This document shows positions 1 to 8,795 of a stretch of 64,000 nt of DNA, one piece after another (the first letter of the stretch is position 1; the number at the start of each line of letters is the position of its first letter). Source of the stretch: Oxalobacteraceae bacterium (GTDB lineage Bacteria; Pseudomonadota; Gammaproteobacteria; Burkholderiales; Burkholderiaceae_D). The stretch lies in assembly GCA_021298555.1 (NCBI GenBank), contig JAJTGE010000024.1, forward strand, positions 1,552-65,551, read 5' to 3'. A model generated the notes under the pieces. That model searched no databases and had not been told where the DNA came from. It was given only the letters and a program-made list of their open reading frames with translations. A program made the position numbers and the translations under genes.

Positions 1-89
1 CGTTTACAGTAGTTTTCCAGGTCGGGTGTCGTTATCCCATCTGCATGTAGTGAACGTATCTCTTCCATTAGTGATTTCAAGTCATCCAT
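1..89 (-). CDS. Hypothetical protein, 5' part only (runs off window start)
   Basis: Minus-strand ATG at 89 preceded by GAAGGT SD-like sequence; reads MDDLKSLMEEIRSLHADGITTPDLENYCK without a stop to position 1. Confidence 0.5.
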   Translation of the reverse strand, partial: MDDLKSLMEEIRSLHADGITTPDLENYCK

Positions 90-181
90 AGAAACTACCT
101 TCGTGTTAAGGATCTTGGTTGAGTCAAGACACAGTAAAATCACCCGAACTATTTTAATAATTTTTTTTAAGGGAATTCTCT

Positions 182-574
182 GTGACTAACTCTTATTTTC
201 AGGATCAGAGTATTTCAGATAAATGGCAATCAGCCACAGATTTGCTCAATCATGAATTCAACATTGCCCCTGAACGAGTTCATTTGCTTGGAACCGTAAA
301 GTCCTTATTTGAGAAATATGTCAGTGAAAATGATTTGTCTGAAACCGCAGCCCAGGCTCTTTACTACCGGTTGTTTTTTTTCTCGACACTAATGATGATT
401 AGAACGCTCAACACCATGGATATGCAAGTCGCTGGTTTCAAGCTGATCGATTTAATGCCCGTTTTTACGGCATCTAAACGGCTGTCCGCAGATTCAATTG
501 ATTGGGAAACGTTAGAGCATTCAATATCGAGCATCAACGATGCGATTGATGCATTAATAAAAGACTACAGTTGA
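182..574 (+). CDS. Hypothetical protein (130 aa)
   Basis: GTG start after AAGGGA SD-like sequence; plausible helical protein; no motif recognised. Confidence 0.55.
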   Translation: MTNSYFQDQSISDKWQSATDLLNHEFNIAPERVHLLGTVKSLFEKYVSENDLSETAAQALYYRLFFFSTLMMIRTLNTMDMQVAGFKLIDLMPVFTASKRLSADSIDWETLEHSISSINDAIDALIKDYS

Positions 575-768
575 TATCTGGCCAGACTGATAGATAGCGG
601 ATTCCATTTGAGCGTAAAACGATAATTTAAACCAATCTATTAATGAGCTATTGTTGTTATAGTGTTTGGACTGAAATTGCTGTAACCGCCATGTTAACAA
701 TATAGCTATATATTTCGGCGCCTTAGAAAGAATGAAGTTCGCACTATTTTGTCAGTCGATTTATTTCA

Positions 769-2196
769 ATGACCATGCCTAATAAAGTGATTAAAACGGT
801 TTTTCTGGGAGCGACCTTCGTTGCACTCATAGGTGTGATTCGCCCAGCATTTACAGAAACCAAGCCTGCAATTACTCCATCCGTTGTGCCGCATGCTTCG
901 TACCTGCAGCCAGTGCCGGGTTTGCAGGCTGGGCAGAAGCAACTGTTTCGCGATGGTGAAAAAGCGTTCAACACCTTATGGATTGCGATACCCGAGGATG
1001 TGATCTCGAATTGGTGGGATCTTTCTCGCCCCGGGCCAGGCGGTAGCGAGTGGGGATTGGGGCCGACCTTTCTAGCGCAGTCCTGCGTGTCGTGTCACGT
1101 GCAAGCTGGGCGTGGGCGAGCATCTGATAGTGGTGGCGGGCCAGTTTTTCATCAATCACTGCGCCTGTCGATACCCGGCGTAGGCCCGTATGGTGGACCA
1201 AATCCTGAGCCCAATTACGGAACACAGATTCAGTCGTTCGACATCTCACAAAAAGAAAACATCAAATTCGGTGAAGCGGAAGTTCATGTGGATTGGAAAA
1301 GCAGTATTTTCACCTTCCCTGATGGTTCAACAGTGGAGTTACGTGAACCATTAATTAAGCTAGAGAAGTTAGGTTTTGGGCCACTTGCCCCGAACGTCAT
1401 GACATCGCTACGGAATTCACAAGCGATCTTTGGATTGGGTTATCTCGAAGCAGTAAGTGAAGACGATATTCTTGCACTGTCAAAATTACAGAAATCGCTG
1501 GGTCTAAATGGCCGACCTAATTACGTGCGCGATGATTTTAACGATAAGACAACGATAGGTCGATTTGGTTGGAAAGCCAATCAACCCAGTTTGAAACAGC
1601 AACTCGCAGCGGCATTTATAGGCGATATAGGAACAACTTCAACGATCTATCCAACGCAAAATTGTCCGCCTGCACAGCTTGATTGTTTATCTGCGAAGAC
1701 AAGCGGTAGAGCAGAACTTCGTGAAGAGTTTTTGGAAGCATTAACGTTTTGGGTGTCAGCACTTGATGTACCCGTATCACGAGACCGCGATAAACCAACC
1801 GTAATGCGCGGTGAAAAATTATTTGAATCCGCAAAATGTTCGCAGTGTCATGTACCTGAACTAACAACCGGTAAATCTTCGCTGCTGACTCAACTATCGA
1901 ACAAGACTATCCGACCTTATACCGATCTGCTATTGCATGATATGGGGCCAGGATTAGCAGATGGCCGACCAGATTTCAAAGCAGGTGGGCGCGACTGGCG
2001 CACAGCGCCACTGTGGGGTATCGGGCTTTCCAAACAGGTAAATGGCAGTACCAACTTTCTGCATGACGGTCGCGCACGTAATTTGTTAGAGGCAGTGGTG
2101 TGGCACGGTGGCGAAGCAGCGGCCTCACGTGATTTGTTTGCCAAACTGACCGCAGCCGAGCGCAATGATGTGATCGCGTTTCTTAATTCGCTTTGA
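769..2196 (+). CDS. Di-heme oxidoreductase (DHOR/DUF1111) family exported c-type cytochrome
   Basis: Signal peptide; two CXXCH (SCVSCH, KCSQCH); family motifs GLGP.F, GRFGWKA, PYTDLLLHDMG, WRTAPLWGIG, FLHDGRAR, WHGGEA. Confidence 0.9.
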   Translation: MTMPNKVIKTVFLGATFVALIGVIRPAFTETKPAITPSVVPHASYLQPVPGLQAGQKQLFRDGEKAFNTLWIAIPEDVISNWWDLSRPGPGGSEWGLGPTFLAQSCVSCHVQAGRGRASDSGGGPVFHQSLRLSIPGVGPYGGPNPEPNYGTQIQSFDISQKENIKFGEAEVHVDWKSSIFTFPDGSTVELREPLIKLEKLGFGPLAPNVMTSLRNSQAIFGLGYLEAVSEDDILALSKLQKSLGLNGRPNYVRDDFNDKTTIGRFGWKANQPSLKQQLAAAFIGDIGTTSTIYPTQNCPPAQLDCLSAKTSGRAELREEFLEALTFWVSALDVPVSRDRDKPTVMRGEKLFESAKCSQCHVPELTTGKSSLLTQLSNKTIRPYTDLLLHDMGPGLADGRPDFKAGGRDWRTAPLWGIGLSKQVNGSTNFLHDGRARNLLEAVVWHGGEAAASRDLFAKLTAAERNDVIAFLNSL

Positions 2197-2225
2197 GCAG
2201 GTAGTATGCAATGCAGTGTGTATCG

Positions 2226-2954
2226 TTAGAGCTTAGCTTGCGACACGCGCGCTGCTGAAGCTGCAAGACTCTCTTTTCGTTCGCTATAACGATCGACCAA
2301 ATACGGCGATATATCACGCGTTAGCAACGTAAATTTGACTAATTCTTCCACCACATCTACCAAACGATCGTAATAACCAGAGGGTTTCATGCGGCCTTCC
2401 TGATCAAACTCATCATAGGCTTTGGCAATAGATGATTGATTGGGAATAGTGAGCATGCGCATCCAACGACCGAGAATGCGCATCTGATTTACGGCGTTAA
2501 ATGATTGCGAGCCTCCGCATACCTGCATCACAGCCAGCGTTTTACCCTGGGTAGGACGTACTGCGCCCAGCGCCAAAGGTATCCAGTCTATTTGCGATTT
2601 CATGATGCCTGTCATGGCGCCATGACGTTCGGGTGATGACCAAATCATCCCCTCAGACCATGTGCATAGTTCGCGCAGCTCAACAACTTTGGGATGAGTA
2701 TCAGGCGCATCGTCAGGCAGTGGCAATCCACTAGGGTTGAAAAACCGTGCCTCCGCTCCAAACATCTTAAGTAAGCGAGCGGCTTCTTCTGCTTGCAGAC
2801 GGCTAAATGAACGCGCCCGTACCGAGCCATACAAAAGCAATATGCGTGGCGGATGGGTGGACGGCTTCTGGTGCAGGAGGCGGGCGGGGTCAATTAGCGA
2901 AAAACAATTGCCATCGATATTGGGTGAGTCGACTAACAAATCGGAGGTGTTCAT
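2226..2954 (-). CDS. arsH: Arsenical resistance protein ArsH (NADPH-dependent FMN reductase family)
   Basis: [61 protein letters not shown]. Confidence 0.95.
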   Translation of the reverse strand: MNTSDLLVDSPNIDGNCFSLIDPARLLHQKPSTHPPRILLLYGSVRARSFSRLQAEEAARLLKMFGAEARFFNPSGLPLPDDAPDTHPKVVELRELCTWSEGMIWSSPERHGAMTGIMKSQIDWIPLALGAVRPTQGKTLAVMQVCGGSQSFNAVNQMRILGRWMRMLTIPNQSSIAKAYDEFDQEGRMKPSGYYDRLVDVVEELVKFTLLTRDISPYLVDRYSERKESLAASAARVSQAKL

Positions 2955-3030
2955 GAAATTGTTTGAGTAATAAGAATTTAAAAAATTTCGAAAAAAGTAT
3001 AAATACGAAATTATTAAGTGTCGTATCGAC

Positions 3031-3073
3031 TGTTACAAAACAACCTGTTACAGCTGTATCAGTGGGTGTTACA
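3031..3073. promoter_or_regulatory. Three TGTTACA repeats, candidate upstream activator (enhancer) sites
   Basis: TGTTACA at 3031, 3046 and 3067 in an AT-rich intergenic region, 120-160 bp upstream of a GG-N10-GC motif. Confidence 0.45.
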
Positions 3074-3188
3074 GAAAATTGTATAAATAAAATGAGTAAT
3101 TTTAATTTGTCATCTTTTTGGTTTATGAATAATGCTAATTTAGTTTTGAAAAAATACTTATGGTTTTAATTCTAACGGATATGGATTC

Positions 3189-3205
3189 AGGAATAAATTT
3201 TGCAT
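3189..3205 (+). promoter_or_regulatory. Candidate sigma54 (-24/-12) promoter of the PQQ dehydrogenase operon
   Basis: aGGaataaatTTTGCAt: GG at 3190-3191, exactly 10 nt, then GC at 3202-3203 within TTGCA. Confidence 0.5.
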
Positions 3206-3443
3206 GAAAATAATTGAATCAATGAAAAAGATTGATTCTTTAGAAAGCAAAAAAATGTGAGCTACACATCACGTTTTAATATTCTTGGAACATATTATTA
3301 ATAGGGAATCTTTTACTAATTTAATTTTGTGATTCTTGGTTATTAGTTTTGTCGCCGCATGTACTTTAGGTTGTAGGTAATTAGCAATTCTGTGTAATGC
3401 AATTCATTATTTCTATAACGATCGAAGTACTGGAGGAGCAGAA

Positions 3444-5117
3444 ATGTTTAAAAAATTCAATCCAAAATATGCATCAACCAAATTAATCATGGTGTCACTG
3501 GGACTAGCAGTATCGGGTCTCGCATTAAGTGCAGATCCGCTGACAGATCCAAATAATTGGCCAGAATATCACCGCACAGGACATGCATGGCGCTACAGTC
3601 CTCTGGCAGACATCAATAAATCTAATGTATCCAGACTTGAAGTAGCATGGATACACCAGCCTGGCAATATCACGCACGGATTACAGGCAACGCCTATTGT
3701 GATTGACGGAACGCTTTATTACGTTGGTGCCTACAATAATGTGTTCGCAGTTAATGCTGCCAGTGGTAAGACGGTGTGGCACTACCAACCCAAGCTAGAT
3801 CCTATTTCTAATGATGTTTTTTATATCGCGGCTAGTCGTGGAGTGACTGTAGGTCGAGGTAAAGTTTTCTTGGGTACCTTGGATGGTCGATTCATCGCTC
3901 TTGACCAGAAAACGGGTAAGCCAGTATGGGAAACTCAGCTGACGAATTTGAAAAAAGAATACGGGGCTTTGTTTTCATCACCACCTCAGCTAGCTGGCAA
4001 CGTACTTTATGGTGGAACCACTGGTGGTGATCAGCCTATTCAGGGAAAAATCTACGCAGTAGACGCAGATACGGGCAAGCGCTTGTGGACGTTTAATACT
4101 ATCAAGGAAGACCCTGCCTCCTGGCCGGGTGACACAGGCAAGGTAGGTGGTGGTGGGGCATGGTTGCCGGGTACGTATGATGCAGAGACAGACTCGATTT
4201 ATATAGGCACATCGAATGCGGCACCGGATTATTTTCCGAATGAGCGCAAAGGTGACAATCTCTACACCGCTACCTTATTAGCACTTGACCCTAAAACCGG
4301 AAACGTTAAATGGCATCGTCAGGAAGTTCCAAATGATGCTTGGGATTTTGATGCTCCCTACGAGGCCGTCCAACTAAAACATAACGGTAAAGATGTACTT
4401 TTACATCTAAATAAGGGTGGGTTTGTTTTCGTAATGGATAAGCGTGATGGTGGTCTTGTAACAACCTGGCCGCTGAATGACAACATCAACTGGGTAAAAA
4501 ATATTGATCCAAAAACCGGCGAGCTGATTGGTCGGGTAAATCCCAAGATGGGCGAACGCATAACATTTTGTCCATGGTTGTTAGGAGGCCGTAGCTGGAA
4601 TCACGGCGCGTACAGTCCTAAATCCAATCTTTGGTACACCAATACGATGGAAGCGTGTAACGAAATTGTCTCTGGCAAAGAAGATCCCAGCAAGATTGGT
4701 ATAAGTGGACTTTATCTGGGAATTGCTGATTTAAAGACTGTGCCACCTCCATCAGGTAAAGGTCACGGCAAACTAGTAGCTGTTGATCCTATGACGGGTA
4801 AAAAGAAGTGGGCTGTGGAGTATCCGGTGCCAGCATTATCAAGTTTGCTCACCACAGCGGGTGGACTGGTATTTAATGGCGACATCGAAGGAAATATATT
4901 TGCTTACGATGCGGATAACGGAAAAACATTATGGTCTTTCCCCTCAGGTTCAGGTCTGCGCGGTGGTCCTGTTAGCTACAAAGCAAACGGGGAGCAGTAC
5001 ATAGTTTTCCCGACGGGCTTAGGTTCGCATGCTCCTGGCTTTATGGCATCAGCATTTCCTGAAATAAAAAATTATCCAGGTGGTGCAGCATTGATCGCAT
5101 TTAAGATCAAGAAGTAG
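3444..5117 (+). CDS. Periplasmic PQQ-dependent dehydrogenase (methanol/ethanol dehydrogenase superfamily, atypical active site)
   Basis: GGAGG RBS; signal peptide; RYSPL..IN..NV..L..AW, ATPIVIDG, repeated A.D..TGK..W propeller motifs, GTSN, DAWDFD, LTTAGGLVF.G, P.SY...GEQYI. Confidence 0.92.
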   Translation: MFKKFNPKYASTKLIMVSLGLAVSGLALSADPLTDPNNWPEYHRTGHAWRYSPLADINKSNVSRLEVAWIHQPGNITHGLQATPIVIDGTLYYVGAYNNVFAVNAASGKTVWHYQPKLDPISNDVFYIAASRGVTVGRGKVFLGTLDGRFIALDQKTGKPVWETQLTNLKKEYGALFSSPPQLAGNVLYGGTTGGDQPIQGKIYAVDADTGKRLWTFNTIKEDPASWPGDTGKVGGGGAWLPGTYDAETDSIYIGTSNAAPDYFPNERKGDNLYTATLLALDPKTGNVKWHRQEVPNDAWDFDAPYEAVQLKHNGKDVLLHLNKGGFVFVMDKRDGGLVTTWPLNDNINWVKNIDPKTGELIGRVNPKMGERITFCPWLLGGRSWNHGAYSPKSNLWYTNTMEACNEIVSGKEDPSKIGISGLYLGIADLKTVPPPSGKGHGKLVAVDPMTGKKKWAVEYPVPALSSLLTTAGGLVFNGDIEGNIFAYDADNGKTLWSFPSGSGLRGGPVSYKANGEQYIVFPTGLGSHAPGFMASAFPEIKNYPGGAALIAFKIKK

Positions 5118-5173
5118 TGTGCAGTAAGACTGTGTAGTACCTCTCTAGAAGTATCTTTCCATCCAGGGCTTTG

Positions 5174-5211
5174 ACCGGCATTTCATCCTCATCTGAAATG
5201 CCGGTTTTTTT
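5174..5211 (+). terminator. Intrinsic terminator/attenuator between dehydrogenase and cytochrome
   Basis: 12-bp stem ACCGGCATTTCA / TGAAATGCCGGT followed by a T run. Confidence 0.75.
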
Positions 5212-5230
5212 AAAATAATAAGGAGAACTG

Positions 5231-5695
5231 GTGAAAAAAAAATCACTGTTTAGAGCCAGCATGTTCGTTTGCGCAGTTCTAGTCGCCAGTATTTCAGTAC
5301 CTGCGCTTTCTGCATATCAGGAAAAAAATACCAGCAATGAGCCAGAGCTAATCACTGTCGCTGACAAGCAAGATGAGCCAGTGACCGCAAAAGAAGCCGG
5401 CCCTGAAGCAGGAAGAAAACCCCCATTTAATCTGGCCGACCAACAGCACATAGATTCAGGAAAAGCGATGTACATGCGTACATGTGCTGGTTATTGCCAT
5501 GGTGGTACGGGCGAGGGTGGTCGCGCTCCCAGCTTTAGAAAGCGTGATGATCTTGATCCTGCCTATGCCTATAAAACTATTGTTAATGGAAGAGTGGCAT
5601 CAGATGTTATGCCCGTGTTTGGGCATTCATTTACTTCAGATCAGGTATGGGAGCTAGTATCGTATTTGCTCTATTTAGGTACTCAAAAAGACTAG
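5231..5695 (+). CDS. Exported monoheme c-type cytochrome (XoxG/PedF-like partner) with CX3CH motif
   Basis: AGGAG RBS; signal peptide; G..MY...CAGYCHG..GEGG.AP; distal Met in VMP.FG; T.DQVW.LV.YL C-terminal helix. Confidence 0.85.
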   Translation: MKKKSLFRASMFVCAVLVASISVPALSAYQEKNTSNEPELITVADKQDEPVTAKEAGPEAGRKPPFNLADQQHIDSGKAMYMRTCAGYCHGGTGEGGRAPSFRKRDDLDPAYAYKTIVNGRVASDVMPVFGHSFTSDQVWELVSYLLYLGTQKD

Positions 5696-5792
5696 ACTTT
5701 TACGAATTAATTACAGTCCTAATGGTATGCAAATCTGTACTGAACTAGTATCAAAATAAATAAAAAGTTCACTACCAAGAATAGGTGAAAAA

Positions 5793-6602
5793 ATGAAGTT
5801 TATATGTGGACTTCTGCTGCTAGTTATTTCAGCTACTCATGTCTCTGCTGGTACGCTTGCAGAGATGCGTCATCTGGGCCAGGTGAGTTTTTGTCTTAAT
5901 CCCGATGCCATGCCATATTCACAAAGAGATGGTAATGACAAAATCTCAGGTAACGGATTTTTATTTGAGATCAGTACTGAATTGATACGGCGTATGGGTA
6001 TGACATCGCGAGTTGTTTGGCTTAATTCACTCGAGCGTTTAAATAAAACAGATTGTGATCTTGTGCCCAGTGCACTTGTTGAGGAAAAAGAACTAATCAG
6101 TCAAAATGAAAAAATTAAAAAAGATGCAGATAAAACCTATGGCCGACTATTTACTAAACCCTATTCGCATGTTACTGGATTTTTAGTTAGTAAAAGCAAA
6201 GAATTTAAGGATCTTGAATCACTGAAAAAAACCCATGTTGCCGTACCCAGCGGCTCATATGCACAGGTTCTTCTAAATCAAAAAGAGATTCCTGTCTGGG
6301 TACGCTTTCTTACTGATGAAGACATTGTGGTAGCAGTTAAAGATAATGAGGCAGGTGCAGGCTTGGTTACCTCGGTAGGTTTTGAGTGGTATAAATTTGT
6401 AAATGGTGATCCAGGTTTAGTACAACTTGATATTGATGTAGATGAATTTGAAGTTGATTCAGACATAGGTATGATGCTGCGTAGTAGTGATGCGCAGGCT
6501 ATACAGCTGGTGAATGAAAAATTAGATCAGATGCTAAAAGACAGTTTTATTTCAAAATCAATGAAGAAATATGGTATTTCACATTCCAAGCCATCGTTTT
6601 AG
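5793..6602 (+). CDS. Family 3 periplasmic substrate-binding protein, MxaJ/XoxJ-like
   Basis: Signal peptide; C..PD.MPYS, G..FEI, CDL, FTKPY; follows PQQ dehydrogenase and cytochrome as in mxaFJG/xoxFJG clusters. Confidence 0.8.
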   Translation: MKFICGLLLLVISATHVSAGTLAEMRHLGQVSFCLNPDAMPYSQRDGNDKISGNGFLFEISTELIRRMGMTSRVVWLNSLERLNKTDCDLVPSALVEEKELISQNEKIKKDADKTYGRLFTKPYSHVTGFLVSKSKEFKDLESLKKTHVAVPSGSYAQVLLNQKEIPVWVRFLTDEDIVVAVKDNEAGAGLVTSVGFEWYKFVNGDPGLVQLDIDVDEFEVDSDIGMMLRSSDAQAIQLVNEKLDQMLKDSFISKSMKKYGISHSKPSF

Positions 6603-6616
6603 TGACTGTAATTTTT

Positions 6617-7207
6617 TTATTTGGCGGGTATTTTTTTAGGATGCAGGTGTTTCATACGCTCAAAATACAAAAGGCCTGTCGTAGTATCGTTAACTTTAGA
6701 TGAGTTTTCATTTAATAGAATTTCAAGTGTTTCTCTGGCATTTGCCGTATCAAATCCACACTGTTGCATAATTTCCAAACCCAATCGATCAGCCTCAACT
6801 TCCATCGCAATTCCACGTTGTAATGCAAAGGCAACTCTATCCTCAAAATTTTCTCCTGGGCTAAAGTTACGCTGCTTTTCAAGATGTTGATAAATATGAT
6901 GGGAAATTTCATGGCTAAGAACGAAGGCAATAAACTCATCCGAGTTCGCTATTTTTAATAAGCCAGCAGTAATAACTATCTTCCCTTGAGAACTAAATGC
7001 ATTAATTTCATGTGACGGGTCAATATCAAGAGAAATTGCAGTATCGAGCGAAGGAAAGTTATTGTCTGAATTAATACATTTTGAAAGTTTAGTGTAAAGT
7101 TTTTCTGTATGTTTAGTTTTTTCAGGAATGGTCATATCATCTGATGCAAGCGTGCAGTCGGTTATGAGCAAAGAAATCATACATATAAATATTTTTCTTA
7201 TTAACAT
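6617..7207 (-). CDS. M48 family Zn metallopeptidase, exported
   Basis: Signal peptide; INAFS..GKIVIT.GLL, FVLSHEISH (HEXXH), E.EADRLG. Confidence 0.85.
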   Translation of the reverse strand: MLIRKIFICMISLLITDCTLASDDMTIPEKTKHTEKLYTKLSKCINSDNNFPSLDTAISLDIDPSHEINAFSSQGKIVITAGLLKIANSDEFIAFVLSHEISHHIYQHLEKQRNFSPGENFEDRVAFALQRGIAMEVEADRLGLEIMQQCGFDTANARETLEILLNENSSKVNDTTTGLLYFERMKHLHPKKIPAK

Positions 7208-7637
7208 GAAGTTTCTCTTGAGGCTTAATTGTTGGGTTATAGGTTTGTTGTTAACAAGTGCGTTGAATTATTCCGTGGCAGACGAAAAACAGCTCATCCA
7301 AAATAGACTTTATCCGAATTTTCTTATGCAGGTATCGATGGCAGAATCTTCACAAGTTTTAGGGAAGTATTTGGCGATATGTGCTGGTTTACTTGCATCG
7401 GTAGAGTTAGAACATTTTCCCGACCTGACTTCGGATGATATAGAGCGATTGAATAAAGAATCACAGCTGCGCCTAGAAGAGGCACTTAAGTACCTATCGT
7501 GGACTGAAGTAGACAGACTAGCCAGATTGGCCAAGGCGCGAACTAAATCGCTGTCATATTACGAACGGCAACTTCTACGTAATGGCATTAACGAGTGTGA
7601 ATTTTTTAGCGGACGTCTTAAAAACCCTCAACAATAA
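7206..7637 (+). CDS. Hypothetical secreted protein
   Basis: From ATG 7206: MKFLLRLNCWVIGLLLTSALNYSVA signal-like; two Cys in mature part; start uncertain (track starts at 7128). Confidence 0.5.
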   Translation: MKFLLRLNCWVIGLLLTSALNYSVADEKQLIQNRLYPNFLMQVSMAESSQVLGKYLAICAGLLASVELEHFPDLTSDDIERLNKESQLRLEEALKYLSWTEVDRLARLAKARTKSLSYYERQLLRNGINECEFFSGRLKNPQQ

Positions 7638-7920
7638 ACGCTCTACCTTCAGAGCAGCTCATGCGTAGTTTTTTTAAGGCTGCATAGGCGGGTGATTGGT
7701 ACCATGCTGTGGCTATGTCCATCGACGGAAATTCAACGACGATAGTACGTAGCATATTGTGATGCCCTTCATCCACGCCTTCTAGTTGTAATCGTTTCCC
7801 GCCGCGCACTAAAAATCGTGCACCAACAGATTCTAAGCTGGGCAGTACTTGTGAACGATAATTTTCATAAACAACAGGATCTTTAACCGTTAGTTCAACA
7901 ATAAGAAAAGCTTTTGGCAT
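7618..7920 (-). CDS. DUF1330 family protein
   Basis: AFLIV...V.DP..Y..Y, G.RFLVRGG, VVEFPS...A..WY.SP.Y. Confidence 0.88.
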   Translation of the reverse strand: MPKAFLIVELTVKDPVVYENYRSQVLPSLESVGARFLVRGGKRLQLEGVDEGHHNMLRTIVVEFPSMDIATAWYQSPAYAALKKLRMSCSEGRAFIVEGF

Positions 7921-7943
7921 GTAATCTTTCGCTGGAATACTTT

Positions 7944-8324
7944 TTAAAGAGATTTCTTGAGAAAGGCTTGTAATTCACCGGCGTCTCTCTCTGCCGCTAT
8001 CCTATCTACTTCTTTGCCATTTTTAAAAATGATGATGGTACTTTGTATTTTTATATTAAAAAACTTGAGCGTTTTACGCTGAACATCGTAATCAACTTCA
8101 AAAAAAGTGACGTCTTTAAATTCAGCAGAGTTCATAGCTTCATTGATTTGTATGTCCTGAGCCTTACACGTTCCGCACCAATCGGCATGGATATGAACCA
8201 CGATAGGTTTTCCGAGCGCAAGTAAACTGTCGAATTCTTGTTGTGTATAAAATTTTCCAGCAGCGCTGACATGCTGAGTAACACATAAAAGTAGCACCAC
8301 AATACTTTGCCAAATTAAACGCAT
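7944..8324 (-). CDS. Exported thioredoxin-fold protein
   Basis: Signal peptide; VHIHADWCGTCK; VDYD; QSTII.FKNGKEV.R. Confidence 0.88.
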   Translation of the reverse strand: MRLIWQSIVVLLLCVTQHVSAAGKFYTQQEFDSLLALGKPIVVHIHADWCGTCKAQDIQINEAMNSAEFKDVTFFEVDYDVQRKTLKFFNIKIQSTIIIFKNGKEVDRIAAERDAGELQAFLKKSL

Positions 8325-8795
8325 ACAGTCTGACCTTTAAAAAATTAGTGTGTGTCGCAAGCCTGCCAGGCAGAGGGTATGAGATACGAAAAGAGAGCAG
8401 AAATCTGATTCAGATATTTTGAGACATGGATTGTAATAATAGATCCTACAGCGATAACATCGCTGGTTATGAACATCCGTCAGTGCATGGCTGTCTTGGG
8501 TATTCAAAGCATCATTCAAAGCCATGATCCAGTCTTATAGCATAGCAAGCCGGGTGGTTTAGTTTTCCTAAATTATTATTAAAATGAATACGTAGTAAGG
8601 CCTGGCCATTATGTTGGGCATTCTCTTGCGCAGCGCATCATTGCGAAATAATCGTGTTCCGACTACAGTCAGGTTATCAGTCATTCGTGATTAGATAATT
8701 TAATGCGATGAGTCTCAAGCAGATAGCTTGGTAATACTCGTCAATTAATAAGCCTCCCACAGTGGGGCAATAATAAAGTCGGACAAGGAGACAGC

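Noticed and set aside
2963-3169. 68-aa ORF in AT-rich region
   Set aside because: No RBS or recognisable features; coincides with regulatory repeats
5234-5242. A9 run at cytochrome start as a phase-variation tract
   Set aside because: In frame, encodes the normal KKK of a signal peptide, and lies in AT-rich DNA
8337-8525. 62-aa Cys-rich ORF upstream of thioredoxin
   Set aside because: No convincing RBS or family motif; cannot be supported
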